From contig OZ024743.1 of assembly GCA_964016885.1 (NCBI GenBank), forward strand, positions 211,978,001 through 212,042,000: DNA of 64,000 nt. Reading direction: 5' to 3'. Made by a program: the position numbers and the translations under genes. The stretch's first letter is position 1, and each line of letters starts with the position of its first letter. Below, piece by piece: positions 1-10,500 of this stretch. Source of the stretch: Eledone cirrhosa (Eukaryota). Below the pieces are notes generated by a model. It did no database searches. It saw only the letters and a program-made list of their open reading frames with translations, and was not told the origin of the DNA.

Positions 1-585
1 GGCCCACAATCGAAAAGGTTACTCCGCCTGCAAATCGTCATTTTCGGATTCGTTTTCTTCGAAGCACACCATTCGCCGGCGGACTTGAGCTGCCTCATTT
101 AGCATGGGCAGTTTTTCTTGAAGATCACACCACACACACCCAATGAGTGTCTGCACATGTACCAGTAATTAGAGATCGATCCGACCATGGGCGGCCGGCC
201 CACGATCGAGAAAAAGGTAACTCCGCCGGCAAATCGTCATTTTTGTGATCCGTTTTCTTCGAAGCACACCATTCGCCGCCGGACTTCAGCTGCCTCATTT
301 AGCATGGGCAGTTTTTTTTGAAAATCACACCACACACAACCAATGTGTGTCTGCACATGTACCAGTAATTACAGATCGATCCGACCACGGGCGGCCGGCC
401 CGCGATTGAAAAGGTAACTCCGCCGGCAAATCGTCATTTTTGTGATTCGTTTTCTTCGAAGCACACCATTCGCCGCCGGACTTCAGCTGCCTCATTTAGC
501 ATGGGCAGTTTTTTTTGAAAATCACACCACACACAACCAATGTGTGTCTGCACATGTACCAGTAATTACAGATCGATCCCACCAC

Positions 586-753
586 GAGTTCAATGTAAAC
601 AAACTTACGCTCAACGACTTTGTTGACGTTTAACACGGTTTGGTTCCACAGCCACAACTATTGATTTTACGGAGATATCTTGCTGAAATTCACGCCACAC
701 ATAGCCAATGAGTGTCTGCACATGTAGCAGTAATTACAGATCGATCCGACCAC
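586..753 (+). repeat. Representative class D monomer (168 bp): ~100 bp non-homologous head plus standard 3' ~70 bp; 34 copies in window
   Basis: Begins GAGTTCAATGTAAACAAACTTACGCTCAACGACTTTGTTGACG and rejoins the consensus at TGAAATTCACGCCACACATAGCCAATGAG. Starts at 586, 1543, 2531, 3715, 6080, 9234, 10587, 12558, 14499, 15683, 17685, 20080, 22082, 24477, 26614, 27570, 30330, 33847, 36211, 38744, 41504, 44067, 45616, 48179, 49924, 52488, 54264, 55448, 56405, 57589, 58546, 59730, 60914, 63051. Confidence 0.95.
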
Positions 754-3317
754 GGATGGCCGGCCCGCGATTGAAAAGGTAACTCCGCCGGCAAATCGTC
801 ATTTTTGGATTCGTTTTCTTCGAAGCACACCATTCGCCGGCGGACTTCAGCTGCCTCATTTAGCATGAGCAGTTTTTCTTGAAGATCACAGCACACACAG
901 CCAATGAGTGTCTGCACATGTACCAGTAATTACAGATGGATCCCACCACGGGCGGCCGGCCCACAATCGAAAAGGTTACTCCGCCTGCAAATCGTCATTT
1001 TCGGATTCGTTTTCTTCGAAGCACACCATTCGCCGGCGGACTTGAGCTGCCTCATTTAGCATGGGCAGTTTTTCTTGAAGATCACACCACACACACCCAA
1101 TGAGTGTCTGCACATGTACCAGTAATTAGAGATCGATCCGACCACGGGCGGCCGGCCCACGATCGAGAAAATGGTAACTCCGCCGGCAAATCGTCATTTT
1201 TGTGATCCGTTTTCTTCGAAGCACACCATTCGACGCCGGACTTCAGCTGCCTCATTTAGCATGGGCAGTTTTTTTTGAAAATCACACCACACACAACCAA
1301 TGTGTGTCTGCACATGTACCAGTAATTACAGATCGATCCGACCACGGGCGGCCGGCCCGCGATTGAAAAGGTAACTCCGCCGGCAAATCGTCATTTTTGT
1401 GATTCGTTTTCTTCGAAGCACACCATTCGCCGCCGGACTTCAGCTGCCTCATTTAGCATGGGCAGTTTTTTTTGAAAATCACACCACACACAACCAATGT
1501 GTGTCTGCACATGTACCAGTAATTACAGATCGATCCCACCACGAGTTCAATGTAAACAAACTTACGCTCAACGACTTTGTTGACGTTTAACACGGTTTGG
1601 TTCCACAGCCACAACTATTGATTTTACGGAGATATCTTGCTGAAATTCACGCCACACATAGCCAATGAGTGTCTGCACATGTAGCAGTAATTACAGATCG
1701 ATCCGACCACGGATGGCCGGCCCGCGATTGAAAAGGTAACTCCGCCGGCAAATCGTCATTTTTGGATTCGTTTTCTTCGAAGCACACCATTCGCCGGCGG
1801 ACTTTGTTGACGTTTAACACGGTTTGGTTCCACAGCCACAGCTATTGATTTTAAGGAGATATCTTGCTGAAATTCACGCCACACATAGCCAATGAGTGTC
1901 TGCACATGTACTAGTAATTACAGATGGATCCCACCACGGGCGGCCGGCCCACAATCGAAAAGGTTACTCCGCCTGCAAATCGTCATTTTCGGATTCGTTT
2001 TCTTCGAAGCACACCATTCGCCGGCGGACTTCAGCTGCCTCATTTAGCATGGGCAGTTTTTCTTGAAGATCACACCACACACAGCCAATGAGTGTCTGCA
2101 CATGTACCAGTAATTAGAGATCGATCCGACCACGGGCGGCCGGCCCACGATCGAGAAAAAGGTAACTCCGCCGGCAAATCGTCATTTTTGTGATCCGTTT
2201 TCTTCGAAGCACACCATTCGCCGCCGGACTTCAGCTGCCTCATTTAGCATGGGCAGTTTTTTTTGAAAATCACACCACACACAACCAATGTGTGTCTGCA
2301 CATGTACCAGTAATTACAGATCGATCCGACCACGGGCGGCCGGCCCGCGATTGAAAAGGTAACTCCGCCGGCAAATCGTCATTTTTGTGATTCGTTTTCT
2401 TCGAAGCACACCATTCGCCGCCGGACTTCAGCTGCCTCATTTAGCATGGGCAGTTTTTTTTGAAAATCACACCACACACAACCAATGTGTGTCTGCACAT
2501 GTACCAGTAATTACAGATCGATCCCACCACGAGTTCAATGTAAACTAACTTACGCTCAACGACTTTGTTGACGTTTAACACGGTTTGGTTCCACAGCCAC
2601 AACTATTGATTTTAAGGAGATATCTTGCTGAAATTCACGCCACACATAGCCAATGAGTGTCTGCACATGTACCAGTAATTACAGATCGATCCGACCACGG
2701 ACGGCCGGCCCGCGATTGAAAAGGTAACTCCGCCGGCAAATCGTCATTTTTGGATTCGTTTTCTTCGAAGCACACCATTCGCCGGCGTACTTTGTTGACG
2801 TTTAACACGGTTTGGTTCCACAGCCACAACTATTGATTTTAAGGAGATATCTTGCTGGAATTCACGCCACACATAGCCAATGAGTGTCTGCACATGTACC
2901 AGTAATTACAGATGGATCCCACCACGGGCGGCCGGCCCACAATCGAAAAGGTTACTCCGCCTGCAAATCGTCATTTTCGGATTCGTTTTCTTCGAAGCAC
3001 ACCATTCGCCGGCGGACTTCAGCTGCCTCATTTAGCATGAGCAGTTTTTCTTGAAGATCACACCACACACAGCCAATGAGTGTCTGCACATGTACCAGTA
3101 ATTACAGATGGATCCCACCACGGGCGGCCGGCCCACAATCGAAAAGGTTACTCCGCCTGCAAATCGTCATTTTCGGATTCGTTTTCTTCGAAGCACACCA
3201 TTCGCCGGCGGACTTCAGCTGCCTCATTTAGCATGGGCAGTTTTTCTTGAAGATCACACCACACACACCCAATGAGTGTCTGCACATGTACCAGTAATTA
3301 GAGATCGATCCGACCAC

Positions 3318-3517
3318 GGGCGGCCGGCCCACGATCGAGAAAAAGGTAACTCCGCCGGCAAATCGTCATTTTTGTGATCCGTTTTCTTCGAAGCACACCA
3401 TTCGCCGCCGGACTTCAGCTGCCTCATTTAGCATGGGCAGTTTTTTTTGAAAATCACACCACACACAACCAATGTGTGTCTGCACATGTACCAGTAATTA
3501 CAGATCGATCCGACCAC
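3318..3517 (+). repeat. Representative class B monomer (200 bp)
   Basis: Diagnostic motifs: CCCACGATCGAGAAAAAGGTAAC (+3 bp vs A), TTTTTGTGATCC (+1 bp), CGCCGCCGG, T8-GAAAAT, ACCAATGTG. Almost always preceded by a tail reading TTAGAGATCGATCCGAC. Confidence 0.95.
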
Positions 3518-3714
3518 GGGCGGCCGGCCCGCGATTGAAAAGGTAACTCCGCCGGCAAATCGTCAATTTTGTGATTCGTTTTCTTCGAAGCACACCATTC
3601 GCCGCCGGACTTCAGCTGCCTCATTTAGCATGGGCAGTTTTTTTTGAAAATAACACCACACACAACCAATGTGTGTCTGCACATGTACCAGTAATTACAG
3701 ATCGATCCCACCAC
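3518..3714 (+). repeat. Representative class C monomer (197 bp)
   Basis: Diagnostic motifs: CCCGCGATTGAAAAGGTAAC and GTGATTCG with a B-like tail. The ORF offset 8893->9090 (197 bp) is consistent with this length. Confidence 0.95.
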
Positions 3715-3882
3715 GAGTTCAATGTAAACAAACTTACGCTCAACGACTTTGTTGACGTTTAACACGGTTTGGTTCCACAGCCACAACTATTGATTTTAAG
3801 GAGATATCTTGCTGAAATTCACGCCACACATAGCCAATGAGTGTTTGCACATGTACCAGTAATTACAGATCGATCCGACCAC

Positions 3883-4109
3883 GGACGGCCGGCCCGCGGT
3901 TGAAAAGGTAACTCCGCCGGCAAATCGTCATTTTTGGATTCGTTTTCTTCGAAGCACACCATTCGCCGGCGTACTTTGTTGACGTTTAACACGGTTTGGT
4001 TCCACAGCCACAACTATTGATTTTAAGGAGATATCTTGCTGAAATTCACGCCACACATAGCCAATGAGTGTCTGCACATGTACCAGTAATTACAGATGGA
4101 TCCCACCAC
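3883..4109 (+). repeat. Representative class E chimeric monomer (227 bp): 89 bp standard head + 138 bp D tail; 25 copies
   Basis: Standard sequence up to CATTCGCCGGCG, then (G/T)ACTTTGTTGACGTTTAAC as in D from position 31. 89+138=227 matches the measured length. Confidence 0.95.
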
Positions 4110-4305
4110 GGGCGGCTGGCCCACAATCGAAAAGGTTACTCCGCCTGCAAATCGTCATTTTCGGATTCGTTTTCTTCGAAGCACACCATTCGCCGGCGGA
4201 CTTCAGCTGCCTCATTTAGCATGAGCAGTTTTTCTTGAAGATCACACCACACACAGCCAATGAGTGTCTGCACATGTACCAGTAATTACAGATGGATCCC
4301 ACCAC

Positions 4306-4501
4306 GGGCGGCCGGCCCACAATCGAAAAGGTTACTCCGCCTGCAAATCGTCATTTTCGGATTCGTTTTCTTCGAAGCACACCATTCGCCGGCGGACTTC
4401 AGCTGCCTCATTTAGCATGAGCAGTTTTTCTTGAAGATCACACCACACATAGCCAATGAGTGTCTGCACATGTACCAGTAATTACAGATGGATCCCACCA
4501 C
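4306..4501 (+). repeat. Representative class A monomer (196 bp; commonest class)
   Basis: GGGCGG starts at 4306 and 4502. Diagnostic motifs: CCCACAATCGAAAAGGTTAC, CGCCTGC, TTTTCGGATT, CGCCGGCGG, TTCTTGAAGAT, GCCAATGAG, usually ending GATGGATCCCACCAC. Confidence 0.95.
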
Positions 4502-7500
4502 GGGCGGCCGGCCCACAATCGAAAAGGTTACTCCGCCTGCAAATCGTCATTTTCGGATTCGTTTTCTTCGAAGCACACCATTCGCCGGCGGACTTCAGCT
4601 GCCTCATTTAGCATGGGCAGTTTTTCTTGAAGATCACACCACACACAGCCAATGAGTGTCTGCACATGTACCAGTAATTACAGATGGATCCCACCACGGG
4701 CGGCCGGCCCACAATCGAAAAGGTTACTCCGCCTGCAAATCGTCATTTTCGGATTCGTTTTCTTCGAAGCACACCATTCGCCGGCGGACTTCAGCTGCCT
4801 CATTTAGCATGGGCAGTTTTTCTTGAAGATCACACCACACACAGCCAATGAGTGTCTGCACATGTACCAGTAATTAGAGATCGATCCGACCACGGGCGGC
4901 CGGCCCACGATCGAGGAAATGGTAACTCCGCCGGCAAATCGTCATTTTTGTGATCCGTTTTCTTCGAAGCACACCATTCGCCGCCGGACTTCAGCTGCCT
5001 CATTTAGCATGGGCAGTTTTTTTTGAAAATCACACCACACACAACCAATGTGTGTCTGCACATGTACCAGTAATTACAGATCGATCCCACCACGGGCGGC
5101 CGGCCCACAATCGAAAAGGTTACTCCGCCTGCAAATCGTCATTTTCGGATTCGTTTTCTTCGAAGCACACCCTTTCGCCGGCGGACTTCAGCTGCCTCAT
5201 TTAGCATGAGCAGTTTTTCTTGAAGATCACACCACACACAGCCAATGAGTGTCTGCACATGTACCAGTAATTACAGATGGATCCCCCCACGGGCGGCCGG
5301 CCCACAATTGAAAAGGTTACTCCGCCTGCAAATCGTCATTTTCGGATTCGTTTTCTTCGAAGCACACCATTCGCCGGCGGACTTCAGCTGCCTCATTTAG
5401 CATGAGCAGTTTTTCTTGAAGATCACACCACACACAGCCAATGAGTGTCTGCACATGTACCAGTAATTACAGATGGATCCCACCACGGGCGGCCGGCCCA
5501 CAATCGAAAAGGTTACTCCGCCTGCAAATCGTCATTTTCGGATTCGTTTTCTTCGAAGCACACCATTCGCCGGCGGACTTCAGCTGCCTCATTTAGCATG
5601 GGCAGTTTTTCTTGAAGATCACACCACACACAGCCAATGAGTGTCTGCACATGTACCAGTAATTAGAGATCGATCCGACCACGGGCGGCCGGCCCACGAT
5701 CGAGAAAAAGGTAACTCCGCCGGCAAATCGTCATTTTTGTGATCCGTTTTCTTCGAAGCACACCATTCGCCGCCGGACTTCAGCTGCCTCATTTAGCATG
5801 GGCAGTTTTTTTTGAAAATCACACCACACACAACCAATGTGTGTCTGCACATGTACCAGTAATTACAGATCGATCCGACCACGGGCGGCCGGCCCGCGAT
5901 TGAAAAGGTAACTCCGCCGGCAAATCGTCATTTTTGTGATTCGTTTTCTTCGAAGCACACCATTCGCCGCCGGACTTCAGCTGCCTCATTTAGCATGGGC
6001 AGTTTTTTTTGAAAATCACACCACACACAACCAATGTGTGTCTGCACATGTACCAGTAATTACAGATCGATCCCACCACGAGTTCAATGTAAACTAACTT
6101 ACGCTCAACGACTTTGTTGACGTTTAACACGGTTTGGTTCCACAGCCACAACTATTGATTTTAAGGAGATATCTTGCTGAAATTCACGCCACACATAGCC
6201 AATGAGTGTCTGCACATGTACCAGTAATTACAGATCGATCCGACCACGGACGGCCGGCCCGCGATTGAAAAGGTAACTCCGCCGGCAAATCGTCATTTTT
6301 GGATTCGTTTTCTTCGAAGCACACCATTCGCCGGCGTACTTTGTTGACGTTTAACACGGTTTGGTTCCACAGCCACAACTATTGATTTTAAGGAGATATC
6401 TTGCTGAAATTCACGCCACACATAGCCAATGAGTGTCTGCACATGTACCAGTAATTACAGATGGATCCCACCACGGGCGGCCGGCCCACAATCGAAAAGG
6501 TTACTCCGCCTGCAAATCGTCATTTTCGGATTCGTTTTCTTCGAAGCACACCATTCGCCGGCGGACTTCAGCTGCCTCATTTAGCATGGGCAGTTTTTCT
6601 TGAAGATCACACCACACACAGCCAATGAGTGTCTGCACATGTACCAGTAATTACAGATGGATCCCACCACGGGCGGCCGGCCCACAATCGAAAAGGTTAC
6701 TCCGCCTGCAAATCGTCATTTTCGGATTCGTTTTCTTCGAAGCACACCATTCGCCGGCGGACTTCAGCTGCCTCATTTAGCATGGGCAGTTTTTCTTGAA
6801 GATCACACCACACACAGTCAATGAGTGTCTGCACATGTACCAGTAATTAGAGATCGATCCGACCACGGGCGGCCGGCCCACGATCGAGAAAATGGTAACT
6901 CCGCCGGCAAATCGTCATTTTTGTGATCCGTTTTCTTCGAAGCACACCATTCGCCGCCGGACTTCAGCTGCCTCATTTAGCATGGGCAGTTTTTTTTGAA
7001 AATCACACCACACACAACCAATGTGTGTCTGCACATGTACCAGTAATTACAGATCGATCCCACCACGGGCGGCCGGCCCACAATCGAAAAGGTTACTCCG
7101 CCTGCAAATCGTCATTTTCGGATTCGTTTTCTTCGAAGCACACCATTCGCCGGCGGACTTCAGCTGCCTCATTTAGCATGAGCAGTTTTTCTTGAAGATC
7201 ACACCACACACAGCCAATGAGTGTCTGCACATGTACCAGTAATTACAGATGGATCCCCCCACGGGCGGCCGGCCCACAATCGAAAAGGTTACTCCGCCTG
7301 CAAATCGTCATTTTCGGATTCGTTTTCTTCGAAGCACACCATTCGCCGGCGGACTTCAGCTGCCTCATTTAGCATGAGCAGTTTTTCTTGAAGATCACAC
7401 CACACACAGCCAATGAGTGTCTGCACATGTACCAGTAATTACAGATGGATCCCACCACGGGCGGCCGGCCCACAATCGAAAAGGTTACTCCGCCTGCAAA

Positions 7501-10500
7501 TCGTCATTTTCGGATTCGTTTTCTTCGAAGCACACCATTCGCCGGCGGACTTCAGCTGCCTCATTTAGCATGGGCAGTTTTTCTTGAAGATCACACCACA
7601 CACAGCCAATGAGTGTCTGCACATGTACCAGTAATTAGAGATCGATCCGACCACGGGCGGCCGGCCCACGATCGAGAAAAAGGTAACTCCGCCGGCAAAT
7701 CGTCATTTTTGTGATCCGTTTTCTTCGAAGCACACCATTCGCCGCCGGACTTCAGCTGCCTCATTTAGCATGGGCAGTTTTTTTTGAAAATCACACCACA
7801 CACAACCAATGTGTGTCTGCACATGTACCAGTAATTACAGATCGATCCGACCACGGGCGGCCGGCCCGCGATTGAAAAGGTAACTCCGCCGGCAAATCGT
7901 CATTTTTGTGATTCGTTTTCTTCGAAGCACACCATTCGCCGCCGGACTTCAGCTGCCTCATTTAGCATGGGCAGTTTTTTTTGAAAATCACACCACACAC
8001 AACCAATGTGTGTCTGCACATGTACCAGTAATTACAGATCGATCCCACCACGGGCGGCCGGCCCACAATCGAAAAGGTTACTCCGCCTGCAAATCGTCAT
8101 TTTCGGATTCGTTTTCTTCGAAGCACACCCTTTCGCCGGCGGACTTCAGCTGCCTCATTTAGCATGAGCAGTTTTTCTTGAAGATCACACCACACACAGC
8201 CAATGAGTGTCTGCACATGTACCAGTAATTACAGATGGATCCCCCCACGGGCGGCCGGCCCACAATCGAAAAGGTTACTCCGCCTGCAAATCGTCATTTT
8301 CGGATTCGTTTTCTTCGAAGCACACCATTCGCCGGCGGACTTCAGCTGCCTCATTTAGCATGAGCAGTTTTTCTTGAAGATCACACCACACACAGCCAAT
8401 GAGTGTCTGCACATGTACCAGTAATTACAGATGGATCCCACCACGGGCGGCCGGCCCACAATCGAAAAGGTTACTCCGCCTGCAAATCGTCATTTTCGGA
8501 TTCGTTTTCTTCGAAGCACACCATTCGCCGGCGGACTTCAGCTGCCTCATTTAGCATGGGCAGTTTTTCTTGAAGATCACACCACACACAGCCAATGAGT
8601 GTCTGCACATGTACCAGTAATTACAGATGGATCCCACCACGGGCGGCCGGCCCACAATCGAAAAGGTTACTCCGCCTGCAAATCGTCATTTTCGGATTCG
8701 TTTTCTTCGAAGCACACCATTCGCCGGCGGACTTCAGCTGCCTCATTTAGCATGGGCAGTTTTTCTTGAAGATCACACCACACACAGCCAATGAGTGTCT
8801 GCACATGTACCAGTAATTAGAGATCGATCCGACCACGGGCGGCCGGCCCACGATCGAGAAAAAGGTAACTCCGCCGGCAAATCGTCATTTTTGTGATCCG
8901 TTTTCTTCGAAGCACACCATTCGCCGCCGGACTTCAGCTGCCTCATTTAGCATGGGCAGTTTTTTTTGAAAATCACACCACACACAACCAATGTGTGTCT
9001 GCACATGTACCAGTAATTACAGATCGATCCGACCACGGGCGGCCGGCCCGCGATTTAAAAGGTAACTCCGCCAGCAAATCGTCATTTTTGTGATTCGTTT
9101 TCTTCGAAGCACACCATTCGCCGCCGGACTTCAGCTGCCTCATTTAGCATGGGCAGTTTTTTTTGAAAATCACACCACACACAACCAATGTGTGTCTGCA
9201 CATGTACCAGTAATTACAGATCGATCCCACCACGAGTTCAATGTAAACAAACTTACGCTCAACGACTTTGTTGACGTTTAACACGGTTTGGTTCCACAGC
9301 CACAACTATTGATTTTAAGGAGATATCTTGCTGAAATTCACGCCACACATAGCCAATGAGTGTCTGCACATGTACCAGTAATTAGAGATCGATCCGACCA
9401 CGGGCGGCCGGCCCACGATCGAGGAAAAGGTAACTCCGCCGGCAAATCGTCATTTTTGTGATCCGTTTTCTTCGAAGCACACCATTCGCCGCCGGACTTC
9501 AGCTGCCTCATTTAGCATGGGCAGTTTTTTTTGAAAATCACACCACACACAACCAATGTGTGTCTGCACATGTACCAGTAATTACAGATCGATCCCACCA
9601 CGGGCGGCCGGCCCACAATCGAAAAGGTTACTCCGCCTGCAAATCGTCATTTTCGGATTCGTTTTCTTCGAAGCACACCATTCGCCGGCGGACTTCAGCT
9701 GCCTCATTTAGCATGAGCAGTTTTTCTTGAAGATCACACCACACACAGCCAATGAGTGTCTGCACATGTACCAGTAATTACAGATGGATCCCCCCACGGG
9801 CGGCCGGCCCACAATCGAAAAGGTTACTCCGCCTGCAAATCGTCATTTTCGGATTCGTTTTCTTCGAAGCACACCATTCGCCGGCGGACTTCAGCTGCCT
9901 CATTTAGCATGAGCAGTTTTTCTTGAAGATCACACCACACACAGCCAATGAGTGTCTGCACATGTACCAGTAATTACAGATGGATCCCACCACGGGCGGC
10001 CGGCCCACAATCTAAAAGGTTACTCCGCCTGCAAATCGTCATTTTCGGATTCGTTTTCTTCGAAGCACACCATTCGCCGGCGGACTTCAGCTGCCTTATT
10101 TAGCATGGGCAGTTTTTCTTGAAGATCACACCACACACAGCCAATGAGTGTCTGCACATGTACCAGTAATTAGAGATCGATCCGACCACGGGCGGCCGGC
10201 CCACGATCGAGAAAAAGGTAACTCCGCCGGCAAATCGTCATTTTTGTGATCCGTTTTCTTCGAAGCACACCATTCGCCGCCGGACTTCAGCTGCCTCATT
10301 TAGCATGGGCAGTTTTTTTTGAAAATCACACCACACACAACCAATGTGTGTCTGCACATGTACCAGTAATTACAGATCGATCCGACCACGGGCGGCCGGC
10401 CCGCGATTGAAAAGGTAACTCCGCCGGCAAATCGTCATTTTTGTGATTCGTTTTCTTCGAAGCACACCATTCGCCGCCGGACTTCAGCTGCCTCATTTAG

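Noticed and set aside
48-64. CENP-B box-like ATTCGTTTTCTTCGAAG
   Set aside because: Only 6 of the 9 essential positions of TTCGnnnnAnnCGGG match; the A and the terminal GG are missing.
126-140. CA microsatellite
   Set aside because: It has only ~4 perfect CA units and is length-invariant across monomers, so it is part of the monomer rather than an independent repeat.
1-196. Identity with the Trypanosoma cruzi 195 bp satellite or alpha satellite on the basis of length
   Set aside because: The sequence does not resemble those consensus sequences as I recall them, and length similarity alone is uninformative.
630-660. tRNA/5S/SL RNA or Pol III B-box (GGTTCCACAGCC) tandem gene array
   Set aside because: The match to GGTTCGANNCC is poor, with no properly spaced A-box, no cloverleaf and no recognisable 5S or spliced-leader sequence.
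80-700. Satellite-encoded hammerhead ribozyme (as in newt, schistosome and cave-cricket satellites)
   Set aside because: No CTGANGA core was seen on either strand (nearest are CTGAAGT on minus and CTGAAAT on plus). An Infernal/Rfam scan would be the definitive test.
2611-2678. TTTAAGGAGATAT resembling a strong Shine-Dalgarno/T7 gene 10 leader, followed by TTG and a 17-codon ORF (MLKFTPHIANECLHMYQ)
   Set aside because: The match is short and lacks the rest of the T7/pET leader or a promoter. Some copies are mutated (TTTACGGAG), and the context is a eukaryote-type satellite. Most likely chance.
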